Assembly: GCA_046048995.1 (NCBI GenBank)
Contig: JBJOEZ010000009.1
Coordinates: forward strand, 169,535-233,534
DNA: 64,000 nucleotides
Direction of reading: 5' to 3'
DNA from: Verrucomicrobiota bacterium
GTDB lineage: Bacteria > Verrucomicrobiota > Verrucomicrobiia > Limisphaerales > JADJPG01
Positions 48,521-56,589 of the stretch are shown here, piece by piece. The notes below the pieces were generated by a model. The model was not told where the DNA came from, searched no databases, and was given only the letters and a program-made list of their open reading frames with translations. Both the position numbers and the translations under genes were made by a program. Positions within the stretch are counted from its first letter, which is position 1. Every line of letters starts with the position of its first letter.

Positions 48521-49282
48521 TCAGCCCTGGGCGTCGCGCCAGAAGGCGGCCTGTTCCTCGGTGCTGACGCCGCGGATGCCGGCGGCGGAGAGGAGCTTGA
48601 GGGTGGCGAAGATGCCGCGGTCGGGCTGCACCCCGCCGGTGGCGGTGTCGAACTCGGCGGCGGTGAGGAGCAGGCGGTTGGCCAGGTTGCTGGCCTGGCG
48701 AAGGCTCATGGCGGACGGGCGGGGTTCCCCCCACTTCTCGAGGAAGCTGAGGATGCTCTTGATGCTGCCGCTCCCGGAACCGCTCCCGGCGAAGTTGACC
48801 GCCTCGAACTGGGCGCCGAGGGGGTCATAGAAGTGGATCTGCGGGCGGGCGGCGGGATCGCCGGCCTCGACCCCGGCGAAGATGGGGGCGACGACGCCGA
48901 AACCCTGCAGGGTGCCGGGCAGGTTGTTGCGCAGGAGCTGGGACAGGGCCCGGATCTTGGCCGGCAGGCTCAGGGGCTGCAACTGGCTGCGCCGGTAGAA
49001 CTCGAAGCTGGTCTGCAGGGTGCGCGCCATCTCGAAGGCGGTGGCCGGGACGCCGGCGATGGCCATGAGCGAATGGGAGTCGAGCTCGAGGATTTTCTCG
49101 GTCTGATCGGAGAACACCACGTTGCCGGCGGTGGCCCGGTGGTCGCCGGCGATGACGACGCCCTCCGCGCAATGGAAGGCAAAGACGGTGGTGGCGTGCA
49201 GCGGCTCGACCGCCAGTCCGCCCGCCCCGGCCGGGGCCGGCGCGGCGGGCTTCGGGAGCAGGGCCAGGAAATCGCCGTTCAT
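48521..49282 (-). CDS. prcB: Bacterial 20S proteasome beta subunit (Thr1 protease) with a 30-residue propeptide
   Basis: The propeptide junction reads ..VEPLHA|TTVFAFHCAEGVVIAGDHRATAGNVVFSDQTEK. Thr1, Asp17 and Lys33 sit at the same spacing as in Mtb PrcB ([21 protein letters not shown]..RK). GSGS and DSATGG-like (DTATGG) blocks are present. Confidence 0.88.
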   Translation of the reverse strand: MNGDFLALLPKPAAPAPAGAGGLAVEPLHATTVFAFHCAEGVVIAGDHRATAGNVVFSDQTEKILELDSHSLMAIAGVPATAFEMARTLQTSFEFYRRSQLQPLSLPAKIRALSQLLRNNLPGTLQGFGVVAPIFAGVEAGDPAARPQIHFYDPLGAQFEAVNFAGSGSGSGSIKSILSFLEKWGEPRPSAMSLRQASNLANRLLLTAAEFDTATGGVQPDRGIFATLKLLSAAGIRGVSTEEQAAFWRDAQG

Positions 49283-49455
49283 TGGCCGGTGCGCTGGCGG
49301 TAACGCTTGGCCTGATCCGGGTCCACCCGGCGCATCTTCTTCAGCAACTCCTCCGTGTTCGGCTTCTGCACCTGGGGGGCCCGCGGGCCCTCGCCACCGC
49401 CCCCTCCGCCGGGAGCCGGGGTCATCGGGACGGGTTTGCGAATGGGGTCTGGCAT
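49279..49455 (-). CDS. Pup/UBact-like prokaryotic ubiquitin-like tag (58 aa; 62 aa from TTG 49467)
   Basis: The sequence is MPDPIRKPVPMTPAPGGGGGGEGPRAPQVQKPNTEELLKKMRRVDPDQAKRYRQRTGQ*. The N-terminal half is low-complexity and the C-terminal half helical and basic. It ends in terminal Gly-Gln. Its stop overlaps the prcB ATG (ATGA). It sits between the dop-like gene and prcB. Confidence 0.75.
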   Translation of the reverse strand: MPDPIRKPVPMTPAPGGGGGGEGPRAPQVQKPNTEELLKKMRRVDPDQAKRYRQRTGQ

Positions 49456-49478
49456 AACAAGGGGCAATGGTCCGTTAT

Positions 49479-50999
49479 TTACCGTCGCTTGGCAAATCCC
49501 AGCTGGGCCAATTCCTCCACCTCCCGGGCGGCCTGGATGACCCGCAGGGCCTCCTCAATCTGGCCGGGATCAAAGAGGCCGCGCAAGTCGAGCTCGAGGG
49601 TCATGGAGCGGCCCCGCAGGCGCAGGTAATCCCACTGGGCCGCCTCCACCTGCGGCCCGAATTTCTCAATGCACCGCCCCCGCACCGCCGCCCGGGTCGA
49701 AAGCGGCGGAGCCAGGGCGGCCCCGCCCAGTTCCGCCCCTCCATACGGCAACCGGAAGGCCTGCTGGTCCAGCAGGGCGTAAAAGAGGCCCTCCTCCCGG
49801 TCCAGCCGATGGTAGGCCAGGTCCAGGCTGCGCAGCCAGGGGTCCTCCGGGCCCAGCCCTTCCGCCTCCCGGAATTGCTCCACGCACCGATGCTTGGCAC
49901 ACCAATCCAGCCGGTCGGCACAGGACAACGGTTCCCGCTCCAGGTCGCCCAACACCTCCTCCCACCCCGCCGCCACCGCCTGCCAGTCCGGGCCCAGCCC
50001 CGGACAGAACTCGCGCACCAAGGCGAGGTAACCCCGCTGGACCTCCAGCGCGGTGGTGGCCCGGCCGGCCGCGTCACGGCAGGCCCAGCGCCAGGTGCGA
50101 TCGCGCGACAACGCGCGCAGGGTGCCCACCGGGTCCGCCACCTGCGGCACCCGCGCCAACGGGCAGCCATTGACCAGCGCCTGCAGCACCAGCGCCGTCG
50201 TGCCCACCTTCAGCCAGTTCGCATAGGGGGACAGGTTGGCGTCGCCCACAATGACATGGAACCGCCGGTAGCGGGCCGGATCCGCGTGCGGCTCGTCCCG
50301 CGTGTTGATGAGCGGCCGGCTCTGCATCGTGTCCACGCTCTCCAGTTCCGAGAAGAAGTCCGCGCGCTGCGACACCTGGAATCCCGGCCTGACAAAGCGG
50401 TCCTCCTCCTCCCAGCCATACTTGCCCGCCCCCGCATACACCTGCCGCGTGGCCAGGAAGGCCGCCATGGCCGCGGCCAGCGTGTCCCAGGGCAGGCGGC
50501 GCGGCAGCAGGTAGTTCTCGTGGCAGCCGTAGCTGTGCCCGGCAAAGTCCGTGTTGTTCTTGTAGAGCAGCACCGGGTTGGCCGACCCCTCGTTGAGCGC
50601 CCGGGCGCACTCCATCACCAGGCGGTCGCCCGCCCGGTCCTGCTGCAGGAGCTCCAGCAGCGTGCCGCATTCCGGCGTGCAATACTCCGGGTGCGCGTGG
50701 TCATTGTAAAACCGCGCGCCGTTGCGCAGGGCCACGTCGCTCTTGATCTCCGTGAAGGACAACGGCCGCGCGGCGTCCTGCGCGAAATAGTCCGCCTCGT
50801 CGGTGTCCTGGCGCAACGCCGCCACCCGGAACCCCCGCGCGTCACGGTGCGGATCCTCGCACGAGTAATCCCACCGCATCCGCACCCCGGGCGCGGTCAC
50901 GCTGCGCACCAGGGCAATCGACTCCGCCACCACGTCCAACCCCGCCGGGTCGGCCCGCGTGATGCCCATCTCGGTCTCAAGGCCAAATTGTATGTCCAT
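49479..50999 (-). CDS. dop: Pup-ligase-superfamily enzyme, Dop (deamidase/depupylase) type
   Basis: ATG 50999 lies inside track ORF 49479..51098 (MDIQFGLETEMG). NGARFYNDHAHPEYCTPEC, YKNNTDFAGHSYGCHENYL and INTRDEPHADPARYRRFHVIVGDANL are present. An ~45-residue insertion with RMRWDYSCEDPHRDARGF matches the Dop loop (Mtb Dop RTRWDYEVESPLRDARGF), which is absent in PafA. Confidence 0.8.
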   Translation of the reverse strand: MDIQFGLETEMGITRADPAGLDVVAESIALVRSVTAPGVRMRWDYSCEDPHRDARGFRVAALRQDTDEADYFAQDAARPLSFTEIKSDVALRNGARFYNDHAHPEYCTPECGTLLELLQQDRAGDRLVMECARALNEGSANPVLLYKNNTDFAGHSYGCHENYLLPRRLPWDTLAAAMAAFLATRQVYAGAGKYGWEEEDRFVRPGFQVSQRADFFSELESVDTMQSRPLINTRDEPHADPARYRRFHVIVGDANLSPYANWLKVGTTALVLQALVNGCPLARVPQVADPVGTLRALSRDRTWRWACRDAAGRATTALEVQRGYLALVREFCPGLGPDWQAVAAGWEEVLGDLEREPLSCADRLDWCAKHRCVEQFREAEGLGPEDPWLRSLDLAYHRLDREEGLFYALLDQQAFRLPYGGAELGGAALAPPLSTRAAVRGRCIEKFGPQVEAAQWDYLRLRGRSMTLELDLRGLFDPGQIEEALRVIQAAREVEELAQLGFAKRR

Positions 51000-51169
51000 G
51001 CCGCGCGGGGCCGGCCCCGCCACCTGCTGTTCTACGCGGCCCCGGGAGCCCGGGCAAGCCGCGGAACGCCCCGCCCGGGATGCCGCGCAGTTTTCCATTG
51101 GCCTTTGCCCGGCGGATGTTCACTCTGCCCGGGTTGTTCGCCGCCCCCGCGGGCTTGCCCGCGCTTGCT

Positions 51170-53377
51170 ATGAGCCAACCGCCCCTGACCCAGACAGAAC
51201 TCACCGAACTCATCGCCGGCCTGAACCGGCTCGCCCGCAACCTCTGGTGGACGTGGAACCAGGAAGCGCAGGAAATCTTCCAGGAACTCTCCCCCCGCGG
51301 CTGGCAGAACCTCTACCACAACGCCGTCGCCATCCTGCACGAGGTGTCCGACGCTGAACTCCGCGTGCACCTGCAGGACCCGGACTTCTCCGCCCGTGTC
51401 CGCCGGGTGCTCGCCGCCTTCGAGGCCTACCTCTCGGACACCAACACCTGGGGCCGCCAGCACGCCTCCACCCTGCTCGGCAACCCCGTCGCCTATTTCA
51501 GCGCCGAGTTCGGCTTCCACGAAACCCTGCCCATCGCCGCCGGCGGCCTCGGCATCCTCGCCGGCGACCACGCCAAGTCGGCCAGCGACCTGGGCATCGG
51601 CTTCGTCGGCATCAGCCTGTTCTACCGCGAGGGCTACTTCCAGCAGTCCATCAACGCCGAGAACTGGCAGGTCGACTACTACACCCAGCTGCACCCCGAG
51701 AACCTGCCCCTCGAGCCCGTCCTCGACCGCCAGGGCCAGCCAGTCGTCGGCTCGGTCCCCATCGGCACCACCGAGGTCCGCTTCCGCGCCTGGCGCATCA
51801 ACGTCGGCCGCAACCCCGTCTACCTGCTCGACACCAACCTGCCCGAGAACGAGCAGCACTACCGCGACCTCACCTTGCGCGTCTACGGCGGCGACAGCAC
51901 CACCCGCATCATGCAGGAGGTCGTCCTCGGCGTGGGCGGCGTCCGCCTCCTCCGCGCCCTCGGCGTGCGCCCCTCCGTCTACCACATGAACGAGGGCCAC
52001 GCCGCCTTCCTCGCCCTCGAGCTGACCCGCGAACGACTGGCCACCGGCAAGTCCCTGCCCGATGCCCTCGCCGGCACCCGCGCCGAATGCCTCTTCACCA
52101 CCCATACCCCCGTCGAGGCCGGCCATGACCGCTTCTCCCCGGGCCTGATGGACTTCGCCCTCAAGGATTACCTGGCCCAGTTCCCCGTTCCCCACCACGA
52201 ACTCCTCGCCCTGGGCCGCGTCCACCCCGAAAACGCCGAGGAACCCTTCTGCATGACCGTCCTCGCCCTCAAGGCCAGCCGCGCCGCCAACGGGGTGAGC
52301 GAACTCCACGGCCGCGTCAGCCGCGAGATGTGGCGCGGCCTCTGGCCCGGCCTGCCCGTCGACCAGATCCCCATCGGGCACATCACCAACGGCATCCACC
52401 TGCTCGGCTGGATGAAGGGCACCGTGCGCCGGTTCTGGCGCCGCAAGCTGGGCGGCGTCGCCAACGGCGGCGCCCCCCGCCCCGCCGCCGGACGGGACAC
52501 GGACTTCTGGCAGACCCTCGGCGGCTCCCGCTGGGAATGCGCCGTCAACGCCCAGGAGTTCTGGGATCGCATGGCCGACCCCGGCTTCCTCAGCGACGAG
52601 GAACTCTGGGCCCTCCGCTACAAGCTCCGCCGCGAACTCATCGAGTTCGCCCGGCGCCGCCTCCTCCTCCAGTCCCAGCGCGTCGCCCAGTCGGAGTTCA
52701 TCGTCTTCGACCGCTTCCTCAACCCCGACGCCCTCACCATCGGGTTCGCCCGGCGCTTTGCCACCTACAAGCGCGCCCCCCTCATCTTCCAGCAGTTCGA
52801 CAACATCGTCCGCCTCGCCCACGACCGCCAACGCCCCGTCCAGTTCATCTTCGCCGGCAAGGCCCATCCGCGCGATGACGAGGGCAAGCGCTTCATCCAG
52901 CACATCATCCACCTCAGCAAATACAGCGACCTCAAGGGACACCTCGTCTTCCTCGAGAATTACGACGTCCATGTCGCCCGCCAGATGGTCAGCGGCTGCG
53001 ATGTGTGGCTGAACAACCCCCGCCGACCCCTCGAGGCCAGCGGCACCAGCGGCCAAAAGGCCGGCTGCCACGGCTGCCTCAACCTCTCCATCCTCGACGG
53101 CTGGTGGCGCGAGGGCTACGACGGCACCAACGGCTTCGCCATCGGCGACGATTCCCATCCCGAAAACATCGAGGAACAGGACCGTCGCGACAGCGAAAAC
53201 CTCTACCGCGCCCTCACCGAACAGGTCATCCCCGAGTTCTTCGAGCGCGATAGCGGCGGGGTCCCCCGCCGCTGGCTCCAGCGCATCCGCCGCGCCATGG
53301 TCACCCTCGTCCCCCAATACAGCACCTGGCGCATGGTCCAGGAATACACCCGGAACTACTACCTCCGGAGCAGTTAG
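51170..53377 (+). CDS. glgP: Alpha-glucan phosphorylase (GT35, GlgP/MalP family)
   Basis: ATG 51170 lies inside track ORF 51080..53377 (MSQPPLTQTELTELI). AYFSAEFGFHETLPIAAGGLGILAGDHAKSASDLG, EASGTSGQKA and NGFAIG are present. Confidence 0.9.
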   Translation: MSQPPLTQTELTELIAGLNRLARNLWWTWNQEAQEIFQELSPRGWQNLYHNAVAILHEVSDAELRVHLQDPDFSARVRRVLAAFEAYLSDTNTWGRQHASTLLGNPVAYFSAEFGFHETLPIAAGGLGILAGDHAKSASDLGIGFVGISLFYREGYFQQSINAENWQVDYYTQLHPENLPLEPVLDRQGQPVVGSVPIGTTEVRFRAWRINVGRNPVYLLDTNLPENEQHYRDLTLRVYGGDSTTRIMQEVVLGVGGVRLLRALGVRPSVYHMNEGHAAFLALELTRERLATGKSLPDALAGTRAECLFTTHTPVEAGHDRFSPGLMDFALKDYLAQFPVPHHELLALGRVHPENAEEPFCMTVLALKASRAANGVSELHGRVSREMWRGLWPGLPVDQIPIGHITNGIHLLGWMKGTVRRFWRRKLGGVANGGAPRPAAGRDTDFWQTLGGSRWECAVNAQEFWDRMADPGFLSDEELWALRYKLRRELIEFARRRLLLQSQRVAQSEFIVFDRFLNPDALTIGFARRFATYKRAPLIFQQFDNIVRLAHDRQRPVQFIFAGKAHPRDDEGKRFIQHIIHLSKYSDLKGHLVFLENYDVHVARQMVSGCDVWLNNPRRPLEASGTSGQKAGCHGCLNLSILDGWWREGYDGTNGFAIGDDSHPENIEEQDRRDSENLYRALTEQVIPEFFERDSGGVPRRWLQRIRRAMVTLVPQYSTWRMVQEYTRNYYLRSS

Positions 53378-53380
53378 CGG

Positions 53381-53479
53381 GTGAACGAGTTCATGGGTGA
53401 GCGGTTTGAGTGATCGAGTGGGCGGCGCGCGCGCGCCCCGCCTGACTCGTTAACTCATCAGCCCATCGACTCGTTAACT
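53381..53479. repeat. Nested imperfect palindrome carrying four copies of GT(G/T)A(A/T)CGAGT; probable bidirectional terminator or REP-like element
   Basis: Plus-strand copies are GTGAACGAGT (53381-53390) and GTGATCGAGT (53410-53419). Minus-strand copies are GTTAACGAGT (the complement of 53445-53454 and of 53469-53478). The centre is (CG)n at 53426-53435. The 12-mer gactcgttaact is repeated exactly (53444-53455 and 53468-53479). The outer right arm lies inside the last 7 codons of the NtrC-like gene. Confidence 0.6.
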
Positions 53480-54915
53480 TCAGCGTCTTTCCAGCCGTAC
53501 TCGGTCAGCTTGTTGCGCAGGGTGCGCACGCTGATGTCGAGGGCGCGGGCGGCGTGGGTGCGGTTGTTGCCGAACTTCTCAATGGCGGCGAGGATGTGCT
53601 GTTTCTCCACCTCGGCCAGCGTGAGGGCATCGCCGGCGGGCGTGGCCGCCGCCGGGCGCGCGGCGGCCGCGGCGGCCGCGGGGGTTGCGGCGGACGGGCT
53701 GAGGCCGGCATGGGCACCCGGATGCGCGCCTGGATGGGCGCCACCGAGGGTGTCGCGGCCGAGCCCGAAGTGCTCCGGTTCGAGGAGGGTGCTGTCCCCG
53801 GACAGGATGACGGCGCGCTCGAGGACGTTCTGGAGTTCGCGGACGTTGCCGGGCCAGGAGTGGGCGGTGAGGGCCTGGACGGCGGCCGGGCTGAGGCCGC
53901 GGACGTTGGAGCCGTGCTTGCGGGCGAAGCGGCGGCAGAACTGCTCGGCGAGCACGGGGATGTCCTCGCGGTGTTCCCGGAGCGCGGGCACGATGATGGG
54001 GACGACGTTGAGGCGGTAGAAGAGATCCTGGCGGAACTCCTGGCGTTCCACGCTCTGCTCGAGGGTGCGGTTGGTGGTGGCGATGACGCGGACATCGACC
54101 TTGATGGTGCGGTTGCCGCCGACGCGCTCGAACTCGCGTTCCTGGAGGACGCGCAGGAGCTTGGCCTGCAGCTTGGGGGCGACCTCGCTGACCTCGTCGA
54201 GCAGGAGGGTGCCGCCGTGGGCCAGTTCGAAGCGGCCCTCCCGCTTGGTCATGGCGTTGGTGAAGGCGCCCTTTTCATGCCCGAAGAACTCGCTCTCGAT
54301 CAGGCTTTCCGGGACGGCGGCGCAGTTGATCTTGATGAAGGGGGCGGTGGCCCGCGGGCTCTGGCGGTAGAGGGCCCGGGCGACGAGTTCCTTGCCGGTG
54401 CCGCTTTCCCCCTGGATCAGCACGGTGGCCTGGGTGCGGCCCACCTTGCGGATGAGGTCCCGGAGCGCCTCCATGGCCGGGCTGACCCCGATGATTTCGC
54501 ACTCGTCGTCGTCCCCCTGGCTGAGGTGCTGCGAGACCCGCACCAACTGCGAATGCTCGTCGGCCTTCTTGAGCGTGACCGCGAGGTGCTCGCTGGAGAT
54601 GGGCTTGGTCAGGAAGGTGAAGGCCCCGTTGCTCATGCATTCCACCGCCATGTCGACGGTGCCATGGCTGGAGATCATGACCACGAGCGGGCGGGACGGG
54701 CGGGCGTTGAGCTGCTTGAGCAGCTCGATGCCATCGCCGTCCGGCAGCTTCACATCGACGATCATGAGGTCGAAGTTGTCCTTGCCGAGGAGTTCCAGGG
54801 CGCCCGCAATGGTGCCCGAGGAGGCGACATCGTAACGGCGGTAACGCAGCTGTTGCTCGAGGGTTTTGCGTACAACCAGGTCGTCCTCGAGGATGATGAT
54901 CTTTTCGATGGGCAT
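53458..54915 (-). CDS. Sigma-54-dependent response regulator (NtrC family: REC + AAA+ + Fis-type HTH)
   Basis: ATG 54915 ([12 protein letters not shown]) is preceded by AGGTGG 5 nt upstream. The REC phospho-site reads [27 protein letters not shown] and [12 protein letters not shown] (GAFTGA-type loop) are present. The C-terminal HTH is [20 protein letters not shown]. Confidence 0.9.
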   Translation of the reverse strand: MPIEKIIILEDDLVVRKTLEQQLRYRRYDVASSGTIAGALELLGKDNFDLMIVDVKLPDGDGIELLKQLNARPSRPLVVMISSHGTVDMAVECMSNGAFTFLTKPISSEHLAVTLKKADEHSQLVRVSQHLSQGDDDECEIIGVSPAMEALRDLIRKVGRTQATVLIQGESGTGKELVARALYRQSPRATAPFIKINCAAVPESLIESEFFGHEKGAFTNAMTKREGRFELAHGGTLLLDEVSEVAPKLQAKLLRVLQEREFERVGGNRTIKVDVRVIATTNRTLEQSVERQEFRQDLFYRLNVVPIIVPALREHREDIPVLAEQFCRRFARKHGSNVRGLSPAAVQALTAHSWPGNVRELQNVLERAVILSGDSTLLEPEHFGLGRDTLGGAHPGAHPGAHAGLSPSAATPAAAAAAARPAAATPAGDALTLAEVEKQHILAAIEKFGNNRTHAARALDISVRTLRNKLTEYGWKDAEVNESMG

Positions 54916-55011
54916 GCCAACCACCTTGCTACCCGAACCGCAGGCCTGTGGAAAGCGGGAAAACGACGGAATCCCGGTGCCCGGGGCGCGGCGACGGCCC
55001 GGCCGCGGCCC

Positions 55012-56202
55012 TCAGGACTGCAGGGTGTCGAGGTTGCGGCGGGCGACGTAGGGGTCGAGGCGGGCCAGGACGAAGTAGGCCCAGTTCTCCAGCAGCTTGG
55101 TCCAGCAGGAGCGGGACCGGCCCCAGGCGGCCGCGCGGATGGGGCGGGACTGCGCAAGGATGCCGTCGAACAGCTCGCGGGCCTCCCCCACGGCCCCGGG
55201 ATCGGACACGCGGACCAGCAGCTCGTAATTGATGTTCAGGCTCCGGGCATCGAGGTTGGCCGACCCCACGTAGACCTGGTCATCGACGAGGAACAGCTTG
55301 GCGTGCAGGACCTGGGGCTGGTATTCGGCAATCTCGACCCCCTTGCGCAGGAGCGGGGCGTAGAGGCGCTGGCCGGCGCGGCGGGAGAGGCCGATGTCCG
55401 ACTTGCCGGCCAGCACGAGCTGGACACGGCCGCCGCGGCGCGGGATGCGCTCCAGCTCCCGGCGGATGCGCCAGGTGGGGAGGAAATAGGCGCACACGAT
55501 GCGGACATCGCGGGCCGCCGCCAGGTCCTGGGCCAGGGTGGCCTTGAGGAAGTTGGTGCCGCGGCCAGGGCCGCCCAGGAGCAGGCGCCACGACTCGGCC
55601 GCCGAGGTCCGCCGGGCCTTGGCCCGGCGCAGGCGCGGCAGCAGCCGAAAGGGCATCTCCGCCGCGGCAAACATGTCGTCAAACGAGGCCGCCAGGTCCG
55701 GCACCACCCCGCCCTGCAATTCCATGCCCAAATCCAGCCATCCGCGGGTCACCCCGTCCCCCTCATACTCCGGCGAAATGTTGATCCCCCCCACAAACGC
55801 CCGTCGATCGTCGCAGACCAGGAGCTTTCGATGGTTGCGATAAATCATCCGGCCCACCCGCAGGGGGTTGAACCACCGAAACTGGCCGCCGGCCTCGATC
55901 AGCGGCGTCCAGTAGCCGGCGGCCAGGGAAAAGCAGCCCAGCGCATCCAGCAGGACCTGCACCCGCACCCCGCGCCGGGCCGCCGCCACCAGCGCGTCGC
56001 GGAATTGATCGGCCAGGGGACTGGCCCGCAGGATGTACATTTCCAGCCGCACCGAACCCCGGGCCGCCTCCACCGCCTCCAGCATGGCCGGGAACGCCTC
56101 CGCCCCGCAGCGCAGCCATCGGTAGGTCGTGGGATTGGTCTCCGGCACCCCCGCCTTATAGCCAGCCCGCCGGGACCGGGCAACCACGCCCTCGCCAACC
56201 AC
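55012..56202 (-). CDS. Phospholipase D-family cardiolipin synthase (ClsB-like, two HKD motifs)
   Basis: This is the credible part of track ORF 55012..57564. The HKD motifs are [16 protein letters not shown] and [17 protein letters not shown]. The start is uncertain: GTG at 56202, 56187 or 56148, with the first ATG at 56085. Confidence 0.8.
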   Translation of the reverse strand: MVGEGVVARSRRAGYKAGVPETNPTTYRWLRCGAEAFPAMLEAVEAARGSVRLEMYILRASPLADQFRDALVAAARRGVRVQVLLDALGCFSLAAGYWTPLIEAGGQFRWFNPLRVGRMIYRNHRKLLVCDDRRAFVGGINISPEYEGDGVTRGWLDLGMELQGGVVPDLAASFDDMFAAAEMPFRLLPRLRRAKARRTSAAESWRLLLGGPGRGTNFLKATLAQDLAAARDVRIVCAYFLPTWRIRRELERIPRRGGRVQLVLAGKSDIGLSRRAGQRLYAPLLRKGVEIAEYQPQVLHAKLFLVDDQVYVGSANLDARSLNINYELLVRVSDPGAVGEARELFDGILAQSRPIRAAAWGRSRSCWTKLLENWAYFVLARLDPYVARRNLDTLQS

Positions 56203-56307
56203 CGCCGCACCGGGAACCGCCCGCCGTCCTCGCGTTGCTCCTTTACTTGCCCCCTCCCCGGAAGTAACCTGCCCTGCAGTTCGGTTGTCCGTCTGCGTTA
56301 TCTGCTT

Positions 56308-56565
56308 ATGAACTCGACTCTCCTGGCCATGCTTGGCTGGCCCGAAATTGTTGCCATCCTCGTCATCGTGCTCGTGCTCTTCGGGGCCAAGAAGGTGCCC
56401 GAACTCATGCGCGGCATGGGCCATGGCATCCGCGAGTTCAAGAAGGCCACCCGCGACGTGCAGGACGAGGTGCAGCGCGCCATGGACGAGGAACCGGCGC
56501 CGCCCCGCCGGCCCGAATCCTCCCAGGCCGCGGCCACTCCGCCCACCGTGCCCAAGAACAGCTAG
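56308..56565 (+). CDS. tatA: Twin-arginine translocase subunit TatA/E
   Basis: This is the C-terminal 85 codons of track ORF 53554..56565, from ATG 56308 (alternative 56329). It reads [40 protein letters not shown]. Confidence 0.9.
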   Translation: MNSTLLAMLGWPEIVAILVIVLVLFGAKKVPELMRGMGHGIREFKKATRDVQDEVQRAMDEEPAPPRRPESSQAAATPPTVPKNS

Positions 56566-56589
56566 GCCGCGCCCCGCGTCCGTTCCGCC

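Noticed and set aside
49384-49404. The run of six Gly codons in the tag ORF as a possible slippage or assembly artefact.
   Set aside because: The codons are mixed (GGC GGA GGG GGC GGT GGC) rather than a homopolymer, and the frame stays open through to a meaningful C-terminus. A disordered Gly-rich N-terminal half is expected for Pup-like tags.
51032-53317. A 761-aa minus-strand ORF.
   Set aside because: It is antisense to glgP, which has unambiguous GT35 motifs.
53554-56307. The first ~918 codons of the 1003-aa plus-strand ORF, and the reciprocal 56203..57564 extension of the 850-aa minus-strand ORF.
   Set aside because: They are antisense to the NtrC-like and cls genes, and to tatA/tatC, respectively. 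Only the TatA tail (56308..56565) and the PLD-family body (55012..56202) carry recognisable motifs.
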